DNA of 64,000 nucleotides from Spirochaetia bacterium (GCA_038204425.1 JBBRCZ010000014.1:14080-78079), one strand, 5' to 3'. Positions 48,850-58,468 are shown, counted from the first letter of the stretch. Made by a program: numbers and translations. Notes: generated from the sequence alone by a model not told the origin.

Positions 48850-49389
48850 TACCAACACTCAGCATATTTGTAGCTCTGTTGACGTTAGGTTGCGCAAGAA
48901 ATGAGCATAACAAGCTATCAGCTTCATTCAAAATCCATTTATCACAGTATATCTACCTGCTTCATACCGTGATAACGGAGTTCAACAATGGTGAGAAGCC
49001 TTTACAAGCAATTTTTCAAAGCAGGCTTAGAAGAAATGAACAAAGTCACTTTGATGGCTTTACTATCAGCAGCCGGACCGGCAATGGCGGAACCAGCCCC
49101 TTACGATTGGTATCCAGAGTTTTCTGGGGATGAAATTTACAATCTTATCATCAATACCATAAAGGACAATCTGCTAGTGGAGAGCAAATTAATTGAGAAC
49201 TACCTTAGATCGCGGCAAAAAGTTATTTTTCAGCTTTCATGCGGAGATGCTGATGACTTGGTGTTATTGAACCAAAGGTTAAATATGGTTTTACAACAAC
49301 ACGGTATCCCTTGTACTTTTAACATCCACAAAGGCGGCCATAGCATCGATCTAGAAGAACGAAAAATCAATATAGTGCCTTTTTTATGA
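48850..49389 (+). pseudogene. Relic of an exported putative esterase (alpha/beta hydrolase)
   Basis: Pieces in three frames: IFVALLTLGC (lipobox), ITVYLPASY (48941), and C-terminal CGDADDL...GGHS; no GxSxG nucleophile motif. Confidence 0.5.
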
Positions 49390-49580
49390 AGCTTGCTCAT
49401 TAAATATCAATTTTTAAAGGCGTTTGCAGGCATAATTTACCGGATTAGCAACAACGACAGCAAGGTTTGGCTGCGCCAGCTTTTAAAAAGTCGGAAATAG
49501 AACGGCTTTTGAATGGTTTGGATCACAATTGTGCGCTAATCTGATAGTAGTAATGTGAGGAAAAGACAAGGAGACAGAAA

Positions 49581-50480
49581 ATGAAGAATAGAATAGCACT
49601 CCACGCTTTGGCGGTGGTTTTTTTGAGCGTGTTCCTTCTGGCAGAGTTTGCTTGTTCCTTACCCAATCACGGCGGGAGTGCTAGCATAAGTCTGTCGATT
49701 GCTCGAGGTCAGTCTCGTAGTCTGCTTGCAAATACTGAGATTAAATCTTTCCAAATAACTGTTTCTGCAGACAACGAAGTTCTGAATAAACTTGCGTTTT
49801 CTGAAACCACTATTAGCTTCGATGTGGAAGCAGGCCCCGATAGAGTTTTTCTTCTGGAGGCCTTTGACACCGCTGGTGCATTGGGCATGTTGCTCTACAC
49901 GGGTTCAACGACAGCCACCCTCGTGGCGGGCCAAACCACCGAGTTGGACATTACACTCGTGGCAGCAACCACCACTACAACTGTGGCAGCAACCACCACT
50001 ACAACTGTGGCAGCAATTCCACCAGCTTTTTTTGACGATACCTGGCTATCTGAGGTGAGCGGGGGTAATACAGGGTATGTGCCAAGCCAATCGGTAAGCT
50101 CAGACTCGTCGAGTAAAAATATAGTGCTAATTTACAACAACGGCTACAGCACCGGCCTAGGTAGCGGAGTGGCTATGCAAACTTGGACCTTTACCGCCAC
50201 AGCCCAGCAAAGTGGAACTATAAGTTATTCTTGGACCTACTCTGGCGACCATGCCTGGTCGACCGCGACCGCTGCGCTGTCAGCATGGACCGACACAACA
50301 AATAATCCTCCTCCCATGGAGCTTCAAAGTTTTGTGACCACCGCTGGCACTTTTAGTTATACTGGAAGCTCAACCTTGGAGGTGCAAGCAGGGCAGACCT
50401 ATGGCTTTTCCGTGCAGGGAAGTAATTATGACTCGACCAGTAGACTGTACGGAACGGTGACCATCCAGCAAATTCCCTGA
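49581..50480 (+). CDS. Lipoprotein with two beta-rich domains joined by a Thr-rich linker
   Basis: Lipobox-like AEFAC; AGGAG RBS; VAATTTTT repeats. Confidence 0.75.
   Translation: MKNRIALHALAVVFLSVFLLAEFACSLPNHGGSASISLSIARGQSRSLLANTEIKSFQITVSADNEVLNKLAFSETTISFDVEAGPDRVFLLEAFDTAGALGMLLYTGSTTATLVAGQTTELDITLVAATTTTTVAATTTTTVAAIPPAFFDDTWLSEVSGGNTGYVPSQSVSSDSSSKNIVLIYNNGYSTGLGSGVAMQTWTFTATAQQSGTISYSWTYSGDHAWSTATAALSAWTDTTNNPPPMELQSFVTTAGTFSYTGSSTLEVQAGQTYGFSVQGSNYDSTSRLYGTVTIQQIP
49959..50016 (+). repeat. 24-bp in-frame tandem repeat x2.4 (GTGGCAGCAACCACCACTACAACT)
   Basis: Read directly. Confidence 0.9.
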
Positions 50481-50488
50481 CGCCCGGA

Positions 50489-50527
50489 AAAGGGGGAGTG
50501 GGGTAAAACCCGAAGACTCCCCCCCTT
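50489..50527 (+). terminator. G/C hairpin after the lipoprotein gene
   Basis: AAGGGGGAGT...ACTCCCCCCCTT enclosing GGGT-AAA-ACCC. Confidence 0.55.
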
Positions 50528-50896
50528 ATCTATTCCTAAACCGACTTCAATTCCCAAACTTGGGCAAATTTCGCAAGGCCGCGTCAATTTCGGCGCTGGG
50601 CATGGCAAAATTGCTCAACTCACCTTTGAGATACTTGTCGTAACTTGCAAGGTCAAAGTGGCCGTGGCAAGCGATAACCACGTCGGGTTCTTTGGATATA
50701 ATTGCCCACCCCAGGTTTCCATCATCATGCGTCGGTAGGGCTTTTGGTCGTAGCTTACCCTGACCGGCACCGGTCTCGGTGGGGTTTGATGGGCATGTCT
50801 GCCGCAATATTGTACCACTGTTTGGGTATATCGTGGTCTTAGAGATGGACCTTTCGTTTGTTGATAGTTGGCTCCCAAGAGCTCACAAGTCTTAAC

Positions 50897-50925
50897 TTGA
50901 CCGCAAATGACTCTGGTTCTATACT
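50897..50925 (+). promoter_or_regulatory. sigma70 promoter of the acyl-CoA ligase gene
   Basis: TTGACC-17 bp-TATACT. Confidence 0.6.
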
Positions 50926-50989
50926 TACAGCAAATGTTCGCCCAGGGAAAAAGTTTAGGACTTATTCGCAAGCATAAAGGATCAACAAA

Positions 50990-52699
50990 ATGAACAATGC
51001 ATCTACTGCTTGGTCCTTTTTGGACGATTATCGTGGAAAATATTTTTCCGGCGAATGGCCAACCCTGCCCGAACTCTTTAGCATCACTGCATCAAGGCAT
51101 CCCGCACGAGCTTGTTTTACCGTTTACGAACCAGATCGGATTTCGCTCAATTATTCACAGGCCCTTAGCCGAATTGAGGCTGTAGCTCGTAAGCTGCATG
51201 CCATGGGAATCGTCAAGGACGACAAGGTCGCTGTCACTGGCAAGAACGCACCGGAATGGGCGATTGCCTATTTGGGTATCCTGTTCGCCGGGGCGACTGT
51301 AGTGCCAATTGACTACCAACTGAAGAACCAAGAGATAGAGAACCTGCTCAAGGCATCTGACTGCAAGGTTCTATTTGTTGACGAGGAAAAGCACGAACAT
51401 TTCACGGAGCTCAAGTTGGGCCTGCAAATGGTTTTCTCGCTCAAGAAAGGACTTGGCACTTACGTCTACGATCTTGACGGCTTGGCCGCGAAATTTGAAG
51501 CCGCAGGAGAACAGGACTTGGCCGCCATTCTCTTTACTTCAGGCACCACCGGCACGCCCAAAGGCGTCATGCTTACTCACAAAAATTTCGTCTCGGACTG
51601 CTTCTTGGCCCAGAGTAATCTGGAGGTCTTTGCTACCGACATATTTTACGCCTTGCTGCCTATCCACCATTCTTACACTATGCTGGCTGTTTTTATCGAA
51701 GCCATTTCGGTGGGCGCCGAAATAGTCTTTGGAAATAAATTGGTCACTACGGCCATCCTCAAGGACCTTAAGGAAGCCAAGATCACTATGTTCTTAGGCG
51801 TACCGATGCTCTTTAACAAAGTACTTGCGGGCATCATGCGCGGCGTTAAGAAAAAAGGCCCGCTGGTGTATGGACTAATTCGCACTTTAATGAAAATATC
51901 TGGCTTTATCAAGCGCACCTTTAAAGTCAATCCAGGAAAGAAATTGTTCCACTCAGTACTCGATAAAGCATCGCTCTCTACGATACGCATTTGCATCTCC
52001 GGTGGTGGTCCGCTTGCACCGAGCGTCTTTAAGCAGTTTAACCAGCTTGGCTTGGACTTTATCCAAGGATACGGTCTGACAGAAACCTCACCGATATTGA
52101 CCCTCAATCCGGCTGCCCGCTTTAAGGTAAGCAGTGTCGGCCGTCTAAGTGACCAGGTGGAAATGAAGATCCTCGAACCTGACGAGCAAGGGGTAGGTGA
52201 GATAGTTGTGAAAGGCCCCATGGTTATGAAGGGCTACTACAAAATGCCGCAGCAGACTAAGGAAGTTTTTACGGATGACGGCTGGTTTAAGACAGGCGAT
52301 TTGGGCTACCTCGACGACGAGAAGTACGTGTATCTGACCGGGCGAGCGAAGAACTTAATCGTCACCGAAGGCGGCAAGAACGTCTATCCGGAAGAGATTG
52401 AGAACGAGTTTCAGCTTTACGAGCAGATTGAGCAAATCCTAGTCCGCGGCTACGAAATGGACAAGAAGATGAAGGTAGAAGGGATAGAGGCGCTGGTGTT
52501 CCCTAACGTTGAGCAAATGAAGAACAACGACGGCTCTCCCAAAACTAAAGCCGAAGTCGAGGCGCGCGTTCAGGCTATCATCTCCGAGGTCAATCAACGC
52601 TTGGCAGCCTACCAACGCATAGAGAAAGTCACCGTACTAGAAGAGGCGATGGAAATGACGACCACCAAGAAGATAAAGCGCGCACAGAATCAATACTAA
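50990..52699 (+). CDS. Long-chain fatty acid-CoA ligase (AMP-binding)
   Basis: FTSGTTGTPKG, QGYGLTE, WFKTGDLG, GKNVYPEEIE. Confidence 0.92.
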   Translation: MNNASTAWSFLDDYRGKYFSGEWPTLPELFSITASRHPARACFTVYEPDRISLNYSQALSRIEAVARKLHAMGIVKDDKVAVTGKNAPEWAIAYLGILFAGATVVPIDYQLKNQEIENLLKASDCKVLFVDEEKHEHFTELKLGLQMVFSLKKGLGTYVYDLDGLAAKFEAAGEQDLAAILFTSGTTGTPKGVMLTHKNFVSDCFLAQSNLEVFATDIFYALLPIHHSYTMLAVFIEAISVGAEIVFGNKLVTTAILKDLKEAKITMFLGVPMLFNKVLAGIMRGVKKKGPLVYGLIRTLMKISGFIKRTFKVNPGKKLFHSVLDKASLSTIRICISGGGPLAPSVFKQFNQLGLDFIQGYGLTETSPILTLNPAARFKVSSVGRLSDQVEMKILEPDEQGVGEIVVKGPMVMKGYYKMPQQTKEVFTDDGWFKTGDLGYLDDEKYVYLTGRAKNLIVTEGGKNVYPEEIENEFQLYEQIEQILVRGYEMDKKMKVEGIEALVFPNVEQMKNNDGSPKTKAEVEARVQAIISEVNQRLAAYQRIEKVTVLEEAMEMTTTKKIKRAQNQY

Positions 52700-52777
52700 G
52701 GTCAGAATTAATGAATGCGAGTACGTTACTGTGGCGCAGGCGAGTTTGGTCAATAGCATAACTCACTGGCTAAATCT

Positions 52778-52802
52778 GCTGGCGGGCATGAGGCCCGCCA
52801 GC
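52778..52802. terminator. Hairpin between convergent genes
   Basis: GCTGGCGGGC-ATGAG-GCCCGCCAGC, perfect 10-bp stem. Confidence 0.75.
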
Positions 52803-52811
52803 GTTTAAGTG

Positions 52812-53108
52812 CTATCTCCTGCGGATAATGAGGCCTAAAATCAAACCTGTTGCTGCTGCAATCCCGATCGAAGACCAAGGATTTTTGTGTACAAACTTGT
52901 CTGCCATGCGGGCGCCTTTTTTCATTTTTTTGACGGCATCATGCTCCAACTCTAAAATCTTATCTTTTGCATCTGAGAGGGTCTCTTCAATATTGGCGCG
53001 AATAGTCTGGATCTTGTCCCCAACCTGGCCGGCCGTTTCTTTTAAAAACTCTTCGGTGTCTGCAATGAATGTCCTCATGTGATTAGCTGTTCTACTTCTT
53101 GTAGCCAT
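52812..53108 (-). CDS. DUF883 / ElaB-YqjD family tail-anchored protein
   Basis: ADTEEFLK...ADKFVHKNPWSSIGIAAATGLILGLIIRRR. Confidence 0.9.
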   Translation of the reverse strand: MATRSRTANHMRTFIADTEEFLKETAGQVGDKIQTIRANIEETLSDAKDKILELEHDAVKKMKKGARMADKFVHKNPWSSIGIAAATGLILGLIIRRR

Positions 53109-53144
53109 TTTTCTTCTTTTCTCCTGTTCTTACTCTATTTGGAG

Positions 53145-53175
53145 AAAATACTGTCTACCACAGTGGTAGAGTCAA
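53145..53175 (-). promoter_or_regulatory. MerR-type promoter: 19-bp spacer with a palindromic operator
   Basis: Minus strand TTGACT-19 bp-TATTTT; perfect palindrome TCTACCAC-A-GTGGTAGA at 53154-53170. Confidence 0.8.
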
Positions 53176-53179
53176 ATAA

Positions 53180-54052
53180 TTATATTTGTTTTGTTAGCGG
53201 GACTTGCAATTCAACAATTACTCCATGATTGGGAATGTCGTCGCCTTCTCGGCCCCACAAATGCAATTCGCGCGTAGGCCCTGACGCCTCGTAGCCATTT
53301 TTAACAACCCAACTCAACAAACCGGCAATTGCATTGGCAGTATTGCTAAGGGTGCCTTCAAAAATCATACTTGCTACAAACGGCGCCCCAACCAAACGGC
53401 AAATCTGGACGGTGTATGTTGGTGCAAGTGACAGAACAGTATTTAGTAAGGTCACAGGCACAGCATTGGCAAACTCAAGTTCCACAAGCTGGTGCTTGCT
53501 TTGGTCGACGTGATAAACGACAATCTCAGGCTTATCGGTGGTAATCCCGTGTTGCGCCGCTACGTCGTAAAGTAGCGAAAAATAGCGTCGTCTTGCGCCA
53601 GCAACTGAGTCTTCTAACTGCATAGATGCCCTAATAGACACAACGGCTTGGGAGGCTACATTTTTGAGTATCACGTCGGGCATTGGCAAAGATTCTTCAC
53701 TTTCCAAGCGACTGATCTGGGCACTCAAACGATCTTGCTTTAGTTGGAACGCCTTAATTTTTTCGTCAATTTGGTGTTTTTTGGCTGAGAGAACTTTTTT
53801 GCTATGGCCGTTGCTTTCCGACCTCGCAAGCGAAAACGAAATTTCTTTGAGAGACATCCCAAGGTCCATAAGCGAGCGAATACGGTACAAACGGGGCAAA
53901 TTATTAATCAAGTAATACCGATATCCCGTTGTCTGGTCAATGTGAGCTGGAGTAAGCAGATTGAGATCATCATAGTGGCGAAGCGCCCTAATAGACACTT
54001 GTGATTGCCGTGAGAACTCCCCAATTGTCATTAGTCGATTTGGAAGCACCAT
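53180..54052 (-). CDS. MerR-family regulator with a GyrI-like ligand-binding domain (BmrR-like)
   Basis: TIGEFS...SIRALRHYD..LL.P..ID..TGYRYY; C-terminal GPTRE...VELQVP. Confidence 0.9.
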   Translation of the reverse strand: MVLPNRLMTIGEFSRQSQVSIRALRHYDDLNLLTPAHIDQTTGYRYYLINNLPRLYRIRSLMDLGMSLKEISFSLARSESNGHSKKVLSAKKHQIDEKIKAFQLKQDRLSAQISRLESEESLPMPDVILKNVASQAVVSIRASMQLEDSVAGARRRYFSLLYDVAAQHGITTDKPEIVVYHVDQSKHQLVELEFANAVPVTLLNTVLSLAPTYTVQICRLVGAPFVASMIFEGTLSNTANAIAGLLSWVVKNGYEASGPTRELHLWGREGDDIPNHGVIVELQVPLTKQI

Positions 54053-54194
54053 GTCTGAAACCTACTGCCTAAGGGTCTGGAGGTCAATTGAAACCATAGC
54101 TTGGTCCAAAAAAAAGGCTATAGCCACTGCAAATTGGTGACTATTTTAGATCAAATTGTGGCAAATTGATGATTTGTAGCCAATACTGTTTTTT

Positions 54195-55223
54195 ATGGCA
54201 TTAAATGAAATTCATTTTGGGAAGCAACTGGATAGGTTTGTCTGTCTTATGTCCGAACTAAGCCATGGCTTTTTCCCGAGTTCCGAAGAACTCGCGCACA
54301 AATACAATACATCGGTCCGCACAATTCAGCGAGACTTGCAAGTTCTTCAGACTTCATTTGGGTTAATAATAAGACCCCGTCAACGGCAAGACGGTAGCAA
54401 GGGTTGGCATCTGGACCACAGCGAGCAGGATGCATCAAAACAGGCCCGATCTAGCTTGATCTTGCATGGACTGTCCACAACCGAGGTCATGCTTCTTAGT
54501 TTTAGCTTGGGTCATTTGGCCATGGGGCCAGAAACGCCGTGGTATGCGGATTTAGAAGCACTCAAGTACAAGTTGCGTTTGTTGGAACGCGCCGGCTCAC
54601 CCAGAGCAGGTAAAAATGTCCGCGATCCGTCGTTGTGGCTACTCAACGACAACCGAAGTGCCAAAACGACCAGCCCCTTGGAAAATGTATTTAACAACAT
54701 TTTGGATGTTCTGAGCAAAGGAACTGCCTGCCGCGTTCATTATCGAGCAGCAGCTGGTGCTGAAGCAAAAGCATATATTTTGGATCCGGCATGCTTGTTT
54801 GACTACCAAGGCGGCCTATACATTTTTGCTCGAGTGCGCGGCAAAGCCACCATGTTGCCCTATGCGCTAGAACGGTTTACTAGCGTCCGACCCTTGGATG
54901 AAGTGGCGCAAGTTCCCGCTGAGTTTGATCCTCACGATTACCTGCTTAGTTCGTTCAACTTGGTGGTTAACGACCCTAGTGAAGGTGTTCGTATCCAAAT
55001 TTCCAAACAGCAGGCCCCTTACGTTCGCGAGAGGATCTGGGGCGCCAATCAAAGCATAACAGAAATGAACGATGGAGGCTTGGTGCTCGGTTTTGATACG
55101 CTGGGCACATCAGAACTAGCTAGATGGGTCCTGTCCCAGGGCGAGCACGCAAAAGTGCTGTCCCCCTCAACGCTTGTTGAGCTAGTTAGAGATAAAATAA
55201 AGGCAATGTCCAAATTTTATTGA
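54195..55223 (+). CDS. HTH-WYL-WCX transcriptional regulator
   Basis: ELA..YNTSVRTIQRDL (wHTH); LDP..L.DYQGGLYI..YALERF (WYL); WVLSQGEHAKVLSP (WCX). Confidence 0.88.
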   Translation: MALNEIHFGKQLDRFVCLMSELSHGFFPSSEELAHKYNTSVRTIQRDLQVLQTSFGLIIRPRQRQDGSKGWHLDHSEQDASKQARSSLILHGLSTTEVMLLSFSLGHLAMGPETPWYADLEALKYKLRLLERAGSPRAGKNVRDPSLWLLNDNRSAKTTSPLENVFNNILDVLSKGTACRVHYRAAAGAEAKAYILDPACLFDYQGGLYIFARVRGKATMLPYALERFTSVRPLDEVAQVPAEFDPHDYLLSSFNLVVNDPSEGVRIQISKQQAPYVRERIWGANQSITEMNDGGLVLGFDTLGTSELARWVLSQGEHAKVLSPSTLVELVRDKIKAMSKFY

Positions 55224-55225
55224 TT

Positions 55226-55260
55226 TGGCGACACAGGATGTCGCCATAGCGAACTATGCT
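55226..55260 (+). promoter_or_regulatory. Candidate WYL-regulator operator and promoter of the cas operon
   Basis: TGGCGACA-CAGGA-TGTCGCCA (contains CGAC-N7-GTCG); TGTCGC-N10-TATGCT. Confidence 0.65.
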
Positions 55261-55358
55261 GTTAGAAGAAAAAGGGGGCGCGCTCCCTATGCTCGAGCCG
55301 CGCGGACGGAAGAGCTAGCTCTCGGGATTTAGATGGTGAATTTTGGAGGTTGGTGGTT

Positions 55359-57710
55359 ATGGGGAATGTGGTTCGGGCTGTGGCGCATATCAAAATGAAA
55401 AATGACCCCGATGGATCATCTGAAGAGCCACACTGGCTCGATACTCACCTAATAGATACCGCAACACACGCAAAGAAGTTTGCTGACCGTTTCGGTAACG
55501 GCGATTGGGCATATCTGGCCGGAATATTGCACGATTTGGGAAAGTATAAGCCTGCTTTTCAAAAATACATTCGCGAGCAAGGGGATTACGAACAGGTAGA
55601 ATCTGACGCAGCTGGATCAACAGACAAGCAACATGCGGTGGTTGGAGCTATTCATGCCATGGACCGATTTGTACAGGAATGGGGTGATGCTGGTAAGCCG
55701 GGAGGGAGGATATTGGCGTATTTGATAGCCGGTCACCATACAGGACTTCCGGATTGGAATCACGTAATGGACATCGGTGGTGCTCTCGAACCGAAATTGC
55801 GAGAAAAAGAACATCTTAAAGATGCAATGCTTGGGAATCCCCCACGAGAATTTCTCGAGGCATCGCTGCCTGTATCAATCTGCCAAGCCCAGGACTTAAA
55901 ATATCTACATCTCTGGATTCGCGTGCTATTTTCCTGTTTGGTCGACGCAGACTTTCTTGATACAGAAAGATATATGGACCAGAAAAAAAATCGCGGTCGT
56001 TTGACGGTAAGCGGACTACCAGAATTGGAACAATTGAAAGTAAATTTTGATTTGTATATGGCCCAAAAAGGTGATCGTTCAAGTCCGACTGACGTGAACC
56101 TCTTGCGCAAAGAAATCTTAACCCAGTGTCGAGAGCATGCCGAGTGGGCGCCAGGGATATTCTCGCTTACGGTGCCTACCGGTGGCGGTAAGACGCTCTC
56201 GGGAATGGCTTTCGCCTTGGATCATGCGCTGAGGCATAAAAAAAACAGGATTATTGTTGCTATTCCTTATACTAGTATCATCGAACAAACAGCAAAACAG
56301 TACCGAGAAGTGTTCGGAGACGACGCAGTACTTGAGCATCATAGCAACCTTGATCCTGACAAAGAAACCGAAGCATCGAGACTGGCTTCCGAAAACTGGG
56401 ATGCTCCAATAATTGTTACCACCAACGTGCAATTCTTCGAGTCTCTTTACGCAGCACGAACTTCAGCTTGCCGAAAACTGCATAACATTGTCAATTCTGT
56501 GATCATTCTCGATGAGGCGCAAATGTTGCCTCCAGAATTCCTCCAACCTATCGTTTCATCAATAAAGGCTTTAACGGAAATGTTTGGCTGCTCAGTGGTT
56601 CTAAGTACGGCTACTCAACCAGCGTTGGCAAGAAAGATTCAGTCAGGAAAGGCTGTTCTAGATGGTTTTGAGCCGGAAACGGTTCGGGAACTTATGTCAG
56701 AACCAGCGGATTTGGCGCGTCGATTACGTAGGGTAAAAATCGAGCAATTTATCAGCGCGAACGACCGTTCAACTTGGAGTGAGATCGCGCAGGCTCTCGA
56801 AGCAGAAGAACGAGTGCTCTGCATCGTTAACACACGCAAAGACTGTCGGGCAGTTTACGATCTTCTCCCGAAGGGTACTGTTCACCTTTCTGCGCTTATG
56901 TGCCCAGAACACCGCACGGTAGTCATTGCCCAAATCAAGACCAGATTGCAGCGAAATGGGCCCTTAAGGGTGATTAGCACCCAACTGGTGGAGGCAGGCG
57001 TTGACATTGATTTTCCGGTAGTCTACCGAGCAATGGCGGGTTTCGATTCGATCGCTCAAGCGGCGGGTCGGTGTAATCGAGAAGGAAAACTAAATGCATT
57101 GGGAAAAATCGGCAGGACAGTGGTTTTTAATCCGCCGAAACCTGCGCCGCCGGGCACCTTGTTGAAGGGGCAACAATCAGGTGAGGAGATTTTGCGACTC
57201 TATCCAGACTTGGCTGCCCAACTCGATCCAGAAATATTCAGCCACTATTTTCAAACATTCTACCAAAAGGTAAATAGTTTCGATGAGAAAGGCATTTTGC
57301 GGCTTTTGGCGGGACCAGACGTAGTAGAAGCGAAAATCCAATTTAGAACCGCGGCCAGTCGCTTTTCCTTGATTGAGAATGCTGGCCAAGTGCCTGTGGT
57401 TACCTGGTATACCCGACCAGCAAAAGGTGACGAACCCGAGTTGTCTGGCAAAACGTTGGTGGAAGAGCTCGAGAAATATAAACCCAACCGAAAGTTGATG
57501 CGTCGAATTCAACGATTTACTGTAACCGTACCCCAGCATGTGGTAGATAATCTCGTCAACTTGCAACTTTTGCGGCCAATTCAAGGAATGGAAGGACTTT
57601 GGACACAAACAGAAATGGTGACGCATGGAGAAGAATTGAACTTGTATGACAGCATTTTTGGCCTTCGATTGGAAGGTCCAGGGCTAAGCTCTGAGGATTT
57701 TATTTCGTAA
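55359..57710 (+). CDS. cas3: Cas3 HD-nuclease/helicase, type I-C
   Basis: HDLGK, GHHTGL, DADFLDT, PTGGGKT, DEAQ, STAT, QAAGRCNREG. Confidence 0.96.
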   Translation: MGNVVRAVAHIKMKNDPDGSSEEPHWLDTHLIDTATHAKKFADRFGNGDWAYLAGILHDLGKYKPAFQKYIREQGDYEQVESDAAGSTDKQHAVVGAIHAMDRFVQEWGDAGKPGGRILAYLIAGHHTGLPDWNHVMDIGGALEPKLREKEHLKDAMLGNPPREFLEASLPVSICQAQDLKYLHLWIRVLFSCLVDADFLDTERYMDQKKNRGRLTVSGLPELEQLKVNFDLYMAQKGDRSSPTDVNLLRKEILTQCREHAEWAPGIFSLTVPTGGGKTLSGMAFALDHALRHKKNRIIVAIPYTSIIEQTAKQYREVFGDDAVLEHHSNLDPDKETEASRLASENWDAPIIVTTNVQFFESLYAARTSACRKLHNIVNSVIILDEAQMLPPEFLQPIVSSIKALTEMFGCSVVLSTATQPALARKIQSGKAVLDGFEPETVRELMSEPADLARRLRRVKIEQFISANDRSTWSEIAQALEAEERVLCIVNTRKDCRAVYDLLPKGTVHLSALMCPEHRTVVIAQIKTRLQRNGPLRVISTQLVEAGVDIDFPVVYRAMAGFDSIAQAAGRCNREGKLNALGKIGRTVVFNPPKPAPPGTLLKGQQSGEEILRLYPDLAAQLDPEIFSHYFQTFYQKVNSFDEKGILRLLAGPDVVEAKIQFRTAASRFSLIENAGQVPVVTWYTRPAKGDEPELSGKTLVEELEKYKPNRKLMRRIQRFTVTVPQHVVDNLVNLQLLRPIQGMEGLWTQTEMVTHGEELNLYDSIFGLRLEGPGLSSEDFIS

Positions 57711-57724
57711 AGAAGGAGGTGCTT

Positions 57725-58468
57725 GTGGAGTATTTTAACAAGACCTTTTGTCTGGAGGTGAGTGGGGACTTTGCCTGCTTTACCCGGCCAGAAATGAAGG
57801 TCGAAAGAGTGAGCTACGACGTGATCACGCCGTCAGCCGCACGCGCAATTTTTGAGGCAGTTTTCTGGAAGCCAGCGATTCGCTGGCGCATTAAGAAGAT
57901 TGAAGTTCTCAAATCGATTCGTTGGGTATCCGTCCGAAGAAACGAAGTTGGAGCGATTGCCAGTGACAGAGGAGGCGGAACAGGCATTCTTATTGAAGAA
58001 TCCCGACAGCAAAGAGCAGGGCTTTTTCTTAGGGATGTTTCCTACCGTTTGCATGCGGAAATGGAATTTATACCACTGGGTAAGCGAGGAAAAGTGTCAA
58101 ATCCAGTACCAGAATGGCTTTGGGACGACGATCAGCGCATGCTTTCCAAGGAATCTATCGAAACTGAAAAAACAGGAGCCGACGAAAATCCAGGAAAATA
58201 CAATGCGATGTTTGAGCGTCGGGCACGGAAAGGCCAGTGTTTCAATCAACCCTACTTGGGCACCCGAGAGTTTTCGTGCGCGTTCCGCTTAGTGGAACAT
58301 TTTGAAACAGAGCCACCTCCAATTGCAGAAAGCAGGGAGCTGGGGTTTATGCTCTACGATATGGACTTTACCGACTTGGAAAAACCAAAGCCTGGTTTTT
58401 TTCGCGCATCGTTAGTACAAGGTTCTATTCAGGTTCCTGAGTGGGAGAGTGCGGAGGTACGCCGATGA
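57725..58468 (+). CDS. cas5: Cas5c (Cas5d), type I-C crRNA-processing subunit
   Basis: ACFTRPEMKVERVSYDVITPSAARAIFEA.FWKP; PYLGTREF. Confidence 0.96.
   Translation: MEYFNKTFCLEVSGDFACFTRPEMKVERVSYDVITPSAARAIFEAVFWKPAIRWRIKKIEVLKSIRWVSVRRNEVGAIASDRGGGTGILIEESRQQRAGLFLRDVSYRLHAEMEFIPLGKRGKVSNPVPEWLWDDDQRMLSKESIETEKTGADENPGKYNAMFERRARKGQCFNQPYLGTREFSCAFRLVEHFETEPPPIAESRELGFMLYDMDFTDLEKPKPGFFRASLVQGSIQVPEWESAEVRR

Noticed and set aside
54125..54170. Three CAAATTG direct repeats upstream of the WYL gene
   Set aside because: Short, AT-rich and irregularly spaced; cannot be distinguished from chance.
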